This document shows positions 37,466 through 52,110 of a DNA stretch of 63,996 bases, one piece after another. Each line of letters starts with the position of its first letter. Positions within the stretch are counted from its first letter, which is position 1. Source of the DNA: Octopus bimaculoides (lineage: Eukaryota); NCBI RefSeq assembly GCF_001194135.2, contig NC_068996.1:35004637-35068632 (forward strand), given 5' to 3'. The notes beneath the pieces are model-generated. The model had not been told where the DNA came from and did no database searches. It worked only from the letters and a program-made list of their open reading frames with translations. The position numbers and the translations under genes were made by a program.

Positions 37466-38394
37466 GTTTCTGTTAGAAAGAATAGCTGATCTTACCAATC
37501 AGTTTCTCACAAGATATTTGGTAATCAGATGATTACCAAAGACTGTGTATAGCAAAAAGAGACCGATAATATTAATAAGTACTAGGCTAACAAAGAATAA
37601 GTCTCGAGGTCGATTTCTTTGATTAACACTCTTTAATGTGGTGCTCCAGCATGACTGCAGTCAGATGACTGAAACAAGTAAAAGAATCAAAGAATATAAA
37701 AAAGCGGGGTCTATAAACAAAAATATGTTTGAGAACCACTGATCTATGATAAAACCCCTTTACTCAGTATCTGTCAAGATGGAGAAGATTTTTGCCTAAG
37801 TCTTTTGTTCTAGGATCTAGCAATTGCTAAGGTAACTAGAATGTCATTTGACAGCGGCCATGTTGGAGTACCCAAGACTTATTCTTTGTAAGCCTAGTAC
37901 TTATTCTATCAGTTTTTTTTTTTGCCAAACTGCTAAGTTACAGGGACATAAATACACCAATATCAGTTGTCAAGTGATGGCAGGGGGACAAAAACACACA
38001 CACACACACACAAATATAAGACGGGCTTCTCCCAGTTTCTGTCTACTAAATCCACTCACAAGGCTTTGGTTGGCCTAAGGCTATAGTAGAAGACACTTGC
38101 CCAAGGTGCCACACAATGGGACTGAACCCAGAAGCGTGTGGTTGGGAAGCAAGCTTCTTACCACACAACCGATAACTATTTCATTTTGGTGGTCCCCAAT
38201 AGCCATTCGATGTTTAAAAACTAGCTTTATAGATACTTCTTTCAAAATTCCTATTTTGTTTTTAACACATTAACTTGTGCAGGTTTGCACCAAACACTCT
38301 CTGAAAGAACATATTTAAGTGGTCAGAAACATGTTAAACTATATAAAGCATTAGAGAAAGAAACTGAGTTGTTTCTTGCAATAGATATATCTAA

Positions 38395-39060
38395 AGCAGG
38401 CATGGCTGTGTGGTAAGAAGCTTGCTTCTCAACTGTGTTTCTAGATTCAGTCCCACGGCATGGGATTTTCAGCAAGTGTCTTTTACTGCAGCTTCGGGCC
38501 AACCAAAGCCTTGTGAGTGGATTTGGTAGACAAACTGGAAGAAGGCGGCGAGCTGGCAGAAACGTTAGCACGCCGGGTGAAATGCTTAGCAGTATTTCAT
38601 CTGTCTTTACATTCTGAGTTCAAATTCCACCGAGGTTGACTTTGCCTTTCATCCTTTCGGATTGAAATAAGTACCAGTTTAAATAAGTACCAGTTACGCA
38701 CTAGGGTCTATATAATCGACTTAATCCTTTTGTCTGTCCTTGTTTGTCCCCTCTGTGTGTAGCTCCTTGTGGACAGTAAAGAAATAAGAAACTGAAAGAA
38801 GTTCATTGTATATATATATATCTGCATATATCTATGTGTGTGTCTTTGTGTCTGTGTTTGTCCCTCATCACCACTTGACAACAAGTGTTGGTGTGTTTAC
38901 ATCCTTATAACGTAGTGGTTCAACAAAAGAGACTGATCAAACAGGTGCTAGGCTTAACAAAAAAATAAGCACCAGGGTCAATTCATTTGACTAGAAATTT
39001 TTCAAGGCAGTGCCCCAGCATGACCACAGTCTAATGAATGAAACAGTAAGAGATAAAGTA
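38395..39060 (+). mobile_element. Family B SINE carrying a family A SINE (38544-38788)
   Basis: The insert starts ggcggcgagctggcagaaacgttagcacgccggg and is flanked by aaactggaagaa / aaactgaaagaa (12-bp TSD, one mismatch). Confidence 0.8.
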
Positions 39061-39485
39061 AAATTTTGTAATGGGCCCTTAAAATACTACCATAGATCTC
39101 CAATTTACCATCTTGCTTGCATGGACCCTCAAAAATCTTATGAACCTCAAGAGTCATATAGATCCTGGCTGAGACCATTGTCATAGACAAATAATACTTC
39201 CCCTGAAATTGTCTCATTAGATGATGTCGACCTTTGGCATCAATAGTAACTTTCCTTGGTGCAGAGCCAAACTGTTTTCCATGGAAACTAATTTCTTTCA
39301 TATTCATTTATGCAATAACTCTTTCCATGCCCTCATTTAACAATGTGATGCTTCAGTATATGCCCTCCCGAATACACTACCTTTATTTACCCTCATGTCA
39401 GTTGCAGCTTCTGCTGCTACTACTACTACTACTACTACTACACCAGTAATAGGGTATAAACAGTTTCTTGTTTTACCTGACTGAC

Positions 39486-39523
<38 letters not shown>

Positions 39524-39593
39524 AGAGACTAGCCAGTGTCCAACTCCACAAGATATATTAGCACCTCAACAGCTTTTCCTGTANNNNNNNNNN

Positions 39594-39633
<40 letters not shown>

Positions 39634-40258
39634 ATTTGGAAGAGTGGCTCTCAAATCAAAGAAATCTATGAATAAGAGCATGTAAATACTGGGTTGAAAA
39701 ACCCAATATTTACATGCTATCATTTATAGCATTGTCATCATTGTTTAATGAGATTAGAAACCAGTCAGATCAGTTCCAATGTTTCTGTCCACACAGAAAT
39801 AAAACTACAGTCAGCATGGAAAGTGGACGTTAAATGATGATGATGATGAGCTTTAAGAATTATTTCATGTTCTTTGAAAAGTTTATAAATTCTTATGATG
39901 TCAATAATGTGTGTGTGTCACTGTCTCTTAACCATCACATTATGTGCTAGTTGTAAAATGAATGCTCCCGTTATGCAAGAAGTGCTGTTTATAACCCAAT
40001 CTTCCACAAAAACATGTCTGGTCATAGGGAAATATTACCTTACTAGGAAAGAGGTGAAAGTTAGTGATAAAAACGGAATCTGGCCATAGAAAATCCACCT
40101 CAATAAATTCCATCCACTTCATTTGAACATGGAGATGTGAGCATTTAAACGACAAAATGACAATGATTTATATATAGAGAGATAGAAAGATAGATAGATA
40201 GATAATAAATATGTACATAATAAATTAAAGGCTTTATAGGTTTAATAGCACTCTACAC

Positions 40259-40531
40259 CAGTCCTACTCAAAGTGGTGGTCTGCGGACAGGTGCTGGTCC
40301 ATGAGCCATCAGCTGCCAGTACACAGCGAGTTTCCAGAAAAGAAAGAAACAGAATGCTTATGTAATATTGTATTATTTGTTTACAAAATAAGTATAAGAC
40401 AAAAAAAAGTTGTCAACTTTTATTATATTCATTATATATATTGTTTCTAATATAAATTAATATTACTAGTCCTTGGCACATTGGAAAACAAAATTGCCGG
40501 TATGCTACACCAGATAGTTTGAGAAGCACTG
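40259..40531. mobile_element. hAT (Charlie-like) MITE, 273 bp
   Basis: Perfect 8-bp TSD ctctacac (40251-40258 and 40532-40539). TIRs cagtcctactcaaa / tttgagaagcactg. Confidence 0.9.
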
Positions 40532-40740
40532 CTCTACACAGTATTTTTGGATGATGTGAAATGCAAATTAGACCTTTTTTTTAATAAGTGTAATTTAGCC
40601 ATGAATAAAAAATAAGTACTGTAGCATTATCTCTATGTGGACAAAAACATTGGAACTGATCTGATTAGTTTTTAATCTTATTAGACTTCCATCACTGTAA
40701 TGCAAAATAGACAGACGTACCAGAGTTCGTATACATCATA

Positions 40741-41105
40741 AACAAGAACACTCAGAGAGTGCAAACCTCTACCAAGGCAACACCAATGTCCTCTCAACGA
40801 TTAGCCAGAGATGAATTTTAGAATGAGAATATCTGAAATAAACTCAACTGCTCTCACAAACGAGAATACTAAAAATGAACTTGACTGCTCTCAAAAATTA
40901 AGTAAAAAAAAAAATGGAAAAATAATCCAGAATCCTTTTCCGGTAATGGATCAAAAATTCTAATAAGTCGTGCCAATCATGAGGCCAAAGATCTCTGAAA
41001 GTTTCATCTGAATCCATCTAGCAGTTCTTGAGATATCTTGTCCCCAGACAAACAAACAAACACGACTGAAAACAGTACCTCCACCTTCACTAAGGTGGAG
41101 GTAAT
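40741..41105 (+). mobile_element. Helentron-type (HINE/DINE-1-like) non-autonomous element
   Basis: 5' sub-terminal acctctaccaagg, internal (CAAA)n, and a 3' 12-bp stem tacctccacctt-cact-aaggtggaggta, resembling the AACCTCCTTGGCGGAGGTAA end of HINEs. Confidence 0.6.
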
Positions 41106-42084
41106 AACTATAAACTACCAATCTGTTTGTCAAAAAAAAGATGTATAATCTCTCTCTGATAAAGGTTTAAGAAGACTGGAAACTAGTGAACTTGATTCCG
41201 GTTTCTGTCGCTAGAAGGCTAAAATTGTAGGTTTATTTAAAATTTGTATACCTTACGTGACATTTCAAACATTATAAATGTATATATTTACTATATTAAG
41301 TATTTGTGTAAAGTTTTGTCTCATTACCAACCCATCTCCTGACATCAAGACCACTTCTTTCCCAGCTGGTTGCCTCACCTCCTCTTTCCCTCTCTCTCTC
41401 TCTCTGCCATACATGTTCTATTCCATAATTTCTACCATATGTCTTATATTTTATTAAAATAAATAAATAAATAAATTAGCTACAGGAGTCAGGAATAGCA
41501 GAAAGGAGAAATGAATAAGGTGAAAAGAAAAAAGAGAAAGGAGAGAATGAAGGAGGAGAATGAAGGACAAAGACGCATGGAAATGTAAAAGAAGAAAGAA
41601 TTTATTTAGATTATTTCCTCCATGACTGTGTTAGCCTCTGGATAGAATGAACCTCTACCACTACCACAACTTGGTGAGGAAGATTTTTTGGCTTTTACAT
41701 ATAAACATTAAGATTAAATTAAGAAAGTGAATTGTTGTTGTTGTTGATGGTGGTGGTGGCGACAGGAATGGATATGTACAAGGTAGAATGGAACCCAGCT
41801 GTAAGCCTTTGCAGAAATTATACATGTTCTTATCCTTCTCCTCCTTCCTGGTTGGTACTAGTTTGTTGCTGCTGGGAGGCAGGGTAATGGCAAATAGATG
41901 TGATGATATGACGTTATATATTTATTTTAATAACTGATTCTTTCCAACTTCACACACACACACACACAGAGTTCTTGGATAAGTGCTGACTACTTGCTGG
42001 TTTCCTCCCATTATCTCCAAGAGTTTATCTAGAAAGAATTTTAATCAGTCAACTGGAAACTATAATCAAATTATAGATAACCCT

Positions 42085-42970
<886 letters not shown>

Positions 42971-44469
42971 TGTCAGTATGATGAAAGACCCAATTACCAC
43001 AGAATAAATAGTGCAAGTTCGGCCTAAACCATTCATCAGTATAAAATGGTAAAATAAATATTTAATATAGATAAGGAAACCCGATTTGGAGTTTATTCTT
43101 CAATGGTTCCCACCATTTGAATAAAGCCACACTGGAATAACAGCATTTGCTAAGGTGAGCATAAACTAACCTGCAGTGATTATTTTCATTGACCTTGGAA
43201 GTATGTCAAAAACATTGGATTTGGGTGGGATCTGAACACAGAAATCAGAACATAAAGTGATAGTAACAAATACCATAAGGCATTTTACTGATTCCGCCAT
43301 TTACCTACAACATATAAAACAGCAAAATGGAACTGGGGGGGGGCTCTAGGTGGTTGCTTGATTTTCTAGAACTAGTAAACAAATCTTGCTAAAACTTCAC
43401 TGTAACATCTTAAAATGGTTAAATATTGGTTTGGGGTTCAGTCCCACTGCCTGGCACCTTCTACTATAGCCCCTAAAACCTTGTGGGTGAATTTGTTAGA
43501 TGGGAACTGAATATGGAAATATCCAAATTTCGGATCTTGGATTTTACTTTGTCACTTGAACAACTACTTACACATTGTGGTACCATTTGACTCTAGTGTG
43601 GACTGAGACTACTACTACTATTATAATAACAGCAGCAGTAGCAGCAACTATGCATTATACAGCATCTCTAATTGCAGGGAGTATGGAAAAGAACTGAGCA
43701 TCAGGAGGTGGGCCGAAACAGGTCATATGTAGGTTTGCCAAAACAAAATTATAACACCTACAGCAAGAGGTGCCCATCATTGTCACAGCTGTACAAAATA
43801 ATTTAAGGTCCAGTAGCAGAATTGAAAAGCAAAAGCCATATCCCTGCTGCTCATATTTTAATCCCTCCTCTTCCTCCTCACTATCACCACCGCCTCCTCT
43901 CCTGTATACATCTGTCAATAATTTTGACGGCTGTTCACTTTCACTTCATTATATACACATTAGCAAGAAGTTGGGTAGGGATACAGGCAGGGGTGGTTAA
44001 TTAATACTGTTTAGTTGTTGTAGATTACCCGCAACATGTACACATCATTTTCTCTCCCACCCCACTGCATATGACTGGGATGTAGTAACATTACGCACAT
44101 CTTACATACATTAACTCATTGTTCTTCTACATAACATAAAATAATAAATAATAAACAGGACTGCATTTTTTCCCCCCATAAGGCAGAAAATACAATACAA
44201 CATTACTCTACAGAGATGAAGAACCAACTTATACCACACACAAACAATCGTGCTTTATATATGTATACACACACGTAAGTGCAGGCTTGGCTGTTGGTGG
44301 GTTAAGCAGTATTCTCAACTATGTGGTTTCAGGTTCAGTTCCACAGAGTAACATCTTGGGCAAGTGTCTTTTGCTATAATTCTAAGCCTTAAGAAGGATT
44401 TTGATAGACAAGAACTGGAAGTTTCCATCTAGCAGAGATGCTGTTTCCACCACTCCCACCATCACTATA

Positions 44470-44990
44470 ATCACCGTCATCATCATTTAATAACTGCTTT
44501 CCATGCTATCATGGGTTGGATTCTTTGACAGGAGCTGGCAAGCCAGAAGACTGCATCAAAGTCAACTGTCTGCTTTGGCATGGTTTCTGCAGCCAGATAC
44601 CCTTCCTAATGCCTACTGCTTTATGGAATGTACTGGGTGGTTTTTATGTGGCACCAGCACCAATGAGGCCACCAAGTAACTTGCCAGACAAGTCCCCACC
44701 TCAACTGAGAGAGGGAGAAGTATTGAGGGAAGTGACTTTGTGCCAGGTGATGAGAAGTTAAAGTATGACAGAAGGACAGAAACAGGTATCTTGTAGAAGA
44801 GGAGATACATGGTGACTGGGGAAGTTGTGTCAAGGCATACTCTCAAGTAACAAAAGGATGTATATAAGGGAAGGGACACAGATGATTGGATAGGGTGAGT
44901 GGGCAGGTAAGTTCACGAAAGTGGGAGACAGAATAGGGAGGAATGCAGTGAGTGAAGACAGGTGGAGGGAGTGGATGTTGGGAAGACATA
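44470..44990 (-). mobile_element. Pyrimidine-rich non-autonomous element with RTE-like 3' module; related plus-strand copies at about 61600-62580 and 62690-63180
   Basis: gtatctccttctacaagatacc...tcatcacctggcacaaagtcac...tggtgctggtgccacataaaa...ttaggaaggg...cccatgatagcatggaaagc...aaatgatgatg. Confidence 0.6.
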
Positions 44991-44991
44991 T

Positions 44992-45031
<40 letters not shown>

Positions 45032-48000
45032 NNNNNNNNNNNNNNNNNNNNNNNNNNNNNNNNNNNNNNNNNNNNNNNNNNNNNNNNNNNNNNNNNNNNN
45101 NNNNNNNNNNNNNNNNNNNNNNNNNNNNNNNNNNNNNNNNNNNNNNNNNNNNNNNNNNNNNNNNNNNNNNNNNNNNNNNNNNNNNNNNNNNNNNNNNNNN
45201 NNNNNNNNNNNNNNNNNNNNNNNNNNNNNNNNNNNNNTAGGGGAGGGGAATTGTGGAGGAGAGATTTTACAGGGACATTATGTGTCATGTGGGTGGGGTT
45301 GAGAGGCAGGGCAGAGGCATAAACGACTTGTCTTTTAGGGTATCACTTTTACTTAGCTGAATGTATCTCCTCAAACACAGCAAATCAACAACCAGCTTGC
45401 TCCTTCGTCATATCCTCTGTAAGAATCCACATCTGAAGGTCATACATGCACAAACATGTGTGTGTGTGGGGGGGGGGAGCATGTGCGAGTGTGTCTCTTT
45501 GTCATGACATCATGTGATAGTTGTAAGTAAATGTTAATGTCATACAAATAGTGGTCATCATTTTTAGTCTTCCATGAAAACATGTCTGGCCATGGGGAAA
45601 TATTACCTTTGCTTGGAAATAAGTGAGAATTTTCAACAAGATGGGCTTGTACCCCAACAAATTCTTGCTGACCTATATGAACAAGGAAAAGTATTTGTTA
45701 TGGTGACTATATGATATACATACATATATATATATATCATACATACACATGCATATATACATTCATACAGATATATATACATACATACAGATACAAACAT
45801 ACACACAGATATATACATATATACACAGATATATATACATCTAGGTTTGGTGATGTAAAAAGGAAAATAGACAAGTGTCACTGCACGAAACTCTTGGCCC
45901 TTGTGTCACTCTAACTTCTACTGTTTATTGATAAACACACATATCTACACTTACATATATGTATGTATTTATGTATGTACGTACATATCAACAAATATAC
46001 ATACATATACAGGCATACAAAGACATCACCAACTTATCTTATACCAAATCATACATAATAGTACTTCCAACCTTACTCTAGTGACACATAGATAACAGTG
46101 GTATATTATAAATCTACCAAATTAGATTATTTTAAGACATAGGAAACAGTAGGAACCAATCTCACTATAGACAATAGTAGGCACTACCAAAATAACAGAA
46201 ACCTACGTTACACAAGTATATATTATGGTATTACCAAAATTCCCAAGACATAGATAACAACAGCACTACTAACCTTACTGAGACATAAATAACAGCAGAA
46301 TATTATGATATTTATTCTAAGTTTAGATATTTCTTTCTTCACATAAGACCTTAAGCCCTTATGTAAAGTCTTGTTTTAAATTTAGAAATAGATGCTACAC
46401 AAAAGACCAATGTAATATATGAAAGCTAAGAAACAACTGCAATCTGTTTTTGCAACAACAGCTACAGCCTGTATATAAGGAAGATAGCTAGATATATCAA
46501 GTACCAAAGATGGTTATTAATAGCTTTGGAGAGACAAGTATATAAACTATGAGAGAATTTATATTTATAAACTCTAATATATGAAAGCATTTTTAATCTG
46601 TTGCTACGAATTTGTGTCTTGTAGTTATACTCTAGTACCAATATTTTATTTATTATAGACTTTACCTCACCTTTCTTTTTTAATATTAAATAGAATTTGG
46701 TAAAAATAAATTTCAGAGCTGTACATATCTGGCAAGTGACCTAATCTAATGTCAAAATTTATTTTATCCCTTTAATACATACTAAATGATATATTTTGAG
46801 ACCAACTTGTATGAAAGAATTCTTTGACACTTTTTTGAAATATTACAATATTATTCTATATTGTGGTTATTGCCAAGTTCTGATTGATCAGATCTGAGAC
46901 ATTCCAACCATGACCCTCATGTTTTTTGTTTTTTTTTACCTAACAGTATGTATATATGGTCCATAAACAAGCAATAAAAAAAGCAAATAAAAAATGAAAA
47001 GAAAAAAAAAAAACCAACATGAGGATGAGGATATTAGTTTGATGCTCAGTGAAAGGAGAGAATTTTTAACATTTCGAGTAAAACTCGACGTCAGAAAGGA
47101 GAAAGGGAAAAGTCCAAAGAAGAAGGAAAATCACCAATGGCCCATGTGTGGTTACTGTCCTGTTCTTTAGTATGTTTTAGTCAAAACCATATCTTCTTTT
47201 ACTTATTTCAGTTGTTGGACTGCAGACATGCTGGGGCACTGCCTTGAAGGGTTTTAATCAAACAAATCAGGTCCACTACTTATTTATTAAGTCAAGTGCT
47301 TATTCTATTGGTCTCTTTTTGCTGAAATCCTAAGTTACAGGAACATAGACATATCAACAGTGGTTGTCAGGTGGTGGTGGTGGTGGTGGTGGTGGTCAAA
47401 GAGAAACATATACACACATGGTAGGCTTCCACACTGTTTCTCTCTTCTGAAATTCCCTAACAAATCATTAGTCAGCCTGGAGGCTATAGTAGAACTTGCC
47501 TAAAGTGCTACACACTGGGACTGAAACTGAAACCAATTTAATTGCAAAGTGATCATCTTAACCACCATTCATAACTGTGCCGTGCTTATCTTTTTTTTTT
47601 TTTTCTGTAAGATAACAGTGTGTGATGTCAGGGAAGTTTGGCTGCTATTTCCAGCAAATTGTAAAGCTATACAGGGGCTCTGTTATAGTTTCTTTTCTCA
47701 TACTTTGGTACTATTAGTTAGTTATATTTTGGTTCTAGATTATAATTTGATCTCAGTTTTTCAGAGATGTCTGAGAATAAATTAAATTGACTTAATGTTA
47801 AAAAAAAGATTAAAATGCTTCTATTTCAGAGAAGTTTATATTTCAGACAACCCAAAAGACAAATATGGTACTAAGAGTGTGGAAGATTATGAAACTGGTT
47901 CTTAGATACATCACACCTGCTATAATATCAAAGAAAGATAGGTGAATTAGGTAAGAAATTAATGTATTAATAACAAAATATCATTAGAAGTATGCAAATG

Positions 48001-49246
48001 AAGAGATTAAAGGGTTTAACTTATCTCAGTGAAATATGCAAAATATGATAAACTGGCAGTAAATAGCAAGAATCTGCAACTATGGAGGAATCAGTTTTGA
48101 TAGGTCTCTAGCAGATGGATTCTTCAAGATTATCGCCCCCATAGGGATTATCATGTTTTGGCCTTCAAATAGTGCCTTTTAAGTTTTCCAATTAAGAATA
48201 TGGTTATATATTCTACTGGCATTTATGGCACTATTCCAGTGAGTTTTATAAAATACTTAAGTTAATTCTGCTATAACTTTGGTAAAGTAACAAACACATT
48301 CACTGAAAAGTCTATGGAATGCTTTGTGATTTGTAACTTTACTAAAGAACATTTTTTTAACACGATAAGATGTCTCCTGTTTTGATGTTGAAAACACTAA
48401 AATTGGTAAAACAATACTAAATGCTAAAAAAACTAACAACAAAAATAAAATTTCATTAAAAGAAACTAATGAACTATGTGAATCAACATAATTAAGTTAT
48501 CGAAAATATCAAAATGAATAAAGAATTGGCCAAAAATCCACTTAGAAATATTAGAAGAAAGTATTTAAAAAAGTCTACAGTTAGGTATTGGTGCATAAGT
48601 ACATAACTGTAGCGATTAAATAAATTGGTATTGAAAAAAAAAAAAATTTTAATATTGTAAAGTGGGTTGTTGCTTTGTAAATGATTCCCCAAGTTTCAAG
48701 AATTTAAAGAGAATAAAGTTATAAATCAAACAAAAATATTTCATTTTGTATTTGGTTTGTAGCACCTGTGTTTATTATTGATATAATGATCCTCCCATGA
48801 TACAAGTAAAATAATTTCAATATCATATTAAACATTGTCTAGAATACCAAACTTTGGTAACCTGAATAGCCGCCCCCACTACAAAAAATCCTGAAGAAAT
48901 TCATGATGGATGGTGGTCCCTGCTGGTATAAACATGTTTAGTAAAGTTTACTTATTTTGTTAAATTTAGAAGTTGTTGTTCTTGTGGTGGTGGTGATTAA
49001 TGAGCTTCTTGATGTTTTGTGTAAAGTCCTTTGCTAACACAAGTTTACCTCGACATGCACAAACATTATTAAATATATACATTCACTAAATCAAAAATAT
49101 AGTGTCAGTTTATGGAACACACTGGAAGTTAAAATAAATTAAATTTTACAAATTTTCAAATTATTCTACAATGTTTCTACATATGGAAAAAGAAAGGAAA
49201 ATCAGGTTTTAGCATAAAAACAATATTTTAGATACATGGAACATAC

Positions 49247-49412
49247 CTACAGAAGAAGTCTTTTTTGGTAAATAACTTCCAACTTTTAAAATTCTGTGCC
49301 CTAAGAGCAGTCTGTAGAGTTTGGTAGAAGCATTCAATAAGGAATAAGCCAACGAAGACATGGCATTGAAGAATAAAGTGGACATGGGTAGAATCCAAGA
49401 TATTAAGGACAT
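49247..49412 (-). CDS. Candidate alternative first (or phase 1-1 cassette) exon, MSLISWILPMSTLFFNAMSSLAYSLLNASTKLYRLLLGHRILKVGSYLPKKTSSV
   Basis: Part of ORF 49209..49517. Donor GTAG|gtatgt at 49246 is phase 1. In-frame ATGs at 49412, 49385 and 49361. Lies in a stretch with few recognisable transposon copies. Confidence 0.4.
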
Positions 49413-50212
49413 AAGTGGGCTCTTTTCTTCAAAGACACACACCATACACACAGACATGCACACACATGTATGTAAAGAGAGAATAATACAGAAAAGAAAA
49501 GATAAAAGGGAAAACAAAGAGGTTTGCTTTCTGTTTTTGGTAAAAAGAAATGTTGCAGAGAAGACAAAGAATATAGGAGTGAGGAGTTTGGAATTAGTTA
49601 CAGCTATGAAAGATAAAGAATATTAGTTTGCATAGTTGTGAAATGAAAGAACCCGCACATGTCTTTGATTTCTGAACTATCCAAAGAAACAGAAAAGAAG
49701 AAGAAAGTACGTGTAGAAAGTAGATGTCACTTTTGGATTGTCAGGGCCAATGAAAGAAAGAAAGAAAGAAATCAACTTTTAAATGTTCTGGACTATAAGA
49801 TGAAAATGAGAAGCACTAAATTTCAGGAAGTTAGGGAACTACCAGTAAAAGTGGTTACTGTTAGCTGCTCAAGTTTTTTGATAAACAAAATAGCCCTCAT
49901 AGATGGAACTTCCCCCTTCTCTTGTTTATGTGAACCTTACACTTTATATATATATATAAAGGAAAAAAAATCAAATATAAAATTCTTAACATCTATCAAT
50001 AAGATTTACTTTCTTCCTGCCCTGCTCCCCATCACCACCATGCAACACTTTGATTTAAAATTAGGAGGGGAAAAGAGAGAAGGGAAAAAGTGGGTTATCT
50101 CTTTCAGAATGTCTGTCTGTAATAGAAGGAAGCCACATATCAACAATGTTACATGTAAACTGCCATCTACAAGCTGCTACCTTTAAAATTGTTGTTGTTG
50201 TTGTTGTTGTTA

Positions 50213-50243
<31 letters not shown>

Positions 50244-50659
50244 AATCATCATAACTTCTCTCTCTCTCTCCACAAACACCAAAAAAACTGGTAGATGGTA
50301 TAGAAAATATGATAGAAGCTTTACATATGGCAACATCCAATTACAAAACTTCCTCTCGAAGTCAGTGGAAACCAGAAGAGATGACAGGTATAAGACATCT
50401 TAAAGATTACGATGCTAGTTTGGAAGACAGCATTTAGGTAGTGGTAATGATAGATAGATAGACAGATAGATATAGATAGATAGATAAATAGATAAACAGA
50501 AAGAGAGGAGTGAGAAGTTAAAGAGCATGCAACAAATGTTTATAAATATATATTCTCCCTTTAAACTACAACAACTTAAGATTTTCATAAACTAATCTTC
50601 CAAAATCTTAAATAAATAAATATAAAATAACATAAAACTTAAATTCTTCTTATTATTAT

Positions 50660-51912
50660 CATTAAAGCAGCAAGCCAGCAGAATCATTAGCATACCAGGC
50701 AAAATGTTTAGAGACATTTTGTCTATCTTTACATTCTGAGTTCACGTTCTGCTAAGGTCAACTTTGCCTGTCATTGTTTCAGGGTCAATAAAATAAATAC
50801 CAGTTGAGTACTGGGTTCGATGAAATCCCACTTTCCTTTGAAATTGCTGGCCTTGTGTCTTGAAGTCATTATTATCATCATTCAATAGTCTTATTTTCAT
50901 CACGTGTTTTCACTGCACTTCTGAGCGCAGCTCTGTGTGCCTTAGGTATGTGCTGTGGTTTGCTGTGATGCTCTTATGGTTATTGTATTGAAAGTGTTTT
51001 ACGTAGGATGTGTGCGGTGCCTAGTAGTGCTATTTTCTGTATAGTACATATATTTGTAAGTCCTGGTGTTTTTGTTATGTATTTGTCTGAATAGTTTTTT
51101 TTTATCATACCTAATGTGCCTATTATGATAGGAATTGCTTCTGTTTATTATTATTATTAAGATGATGAGATGACAGAATCATATGTTGGACAAAAATGTT
51201 TACAGCACTTCATCCAACTCTTTATTTTTCGAGTTCAAATGCTGCTGAGGTTGATTTTGTCTCTCTATCTTCCAGGGTTGATAAAGTAGGTGACTGTTGA
51301 GCACTGGGGGCAATGTAATCAACTAAACTGCTTCCTCTAAAGTTGCTGTCCTTGCGCAAAATAATAATAATGATAATAATAATAAATAATAATCCTTTCT
51401 ACTTAAGGTACAAGGCCTGAAATTTTGGGGGAGGGGACTAGTTGACTACATTGACTACAATTCTTCACTGGTACTTAGTTTATCGACCCTGCAAGGACAC
51501 AAAGTCGACCTTGGTGGAATTTGAACTCAGAATGGTAAGACGGATGAAATGCTGCTAAGCATTTTGCCAGTCATGCTAATGATTCTGCCAGCTTGACACC
51601 TTAATAATAATAATAATAACAACATCAATGATTTCAAATTTTGCCCCAAGGGTAGCAGTTTTGTGAGAGGAGATGAGGCGATTATATAGACCTCAGTGTT
51701 CAACTGGTGCTTATTATATTGACCCTGAAAAGATGAAAAGCAAACTTGACCTCGGTGGAATTTGAACTCAGAACAGATGAAATGCCACTAAGCATTTTGC
51801 CTGGCATGCTAACAATTCTGCCAGTTCACTGCCTTAATAATAATAATAATAATCATCATCATCGTCGTTGTCGTTTAATGTCCGCTTTCCATGCTAGCAT
51901 GGGTTAATAATG

Positions 51913-51959
<47 letters not shown>

Positions 51960-52110
51960 CCTTTCTACTATAGGTACAAAGTCTGGAATTTCAGGGTGGG
52001 GGGTAGTCAGTTTTACTGGTACTTAATTTATCAACTCCAAAAGGATGTAAAGCAATGTTGGCCTCACCCAAAGTTTCAAATTTTCTGCCTTTAGTAGAAA
52101 GGATTATTAT
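50660..52110. mobile_element. Cluster of family A SINEs in +,+,-,- orientation plus a partial copy
   Basis: About 50660-50870 (+), 51155-51360 (+), 51390-51605 (-), 51630-51840 (-) and 51955-52110. Confidence 0.7.

Noticed and set aside
43655-43918. 87-aa ORF MTDVYRRGGGGDSEEEEEG...
   Set aside because: Partly built from GAG/GGT simple repeats, has no phase-1 donor, and ends in its own stop.
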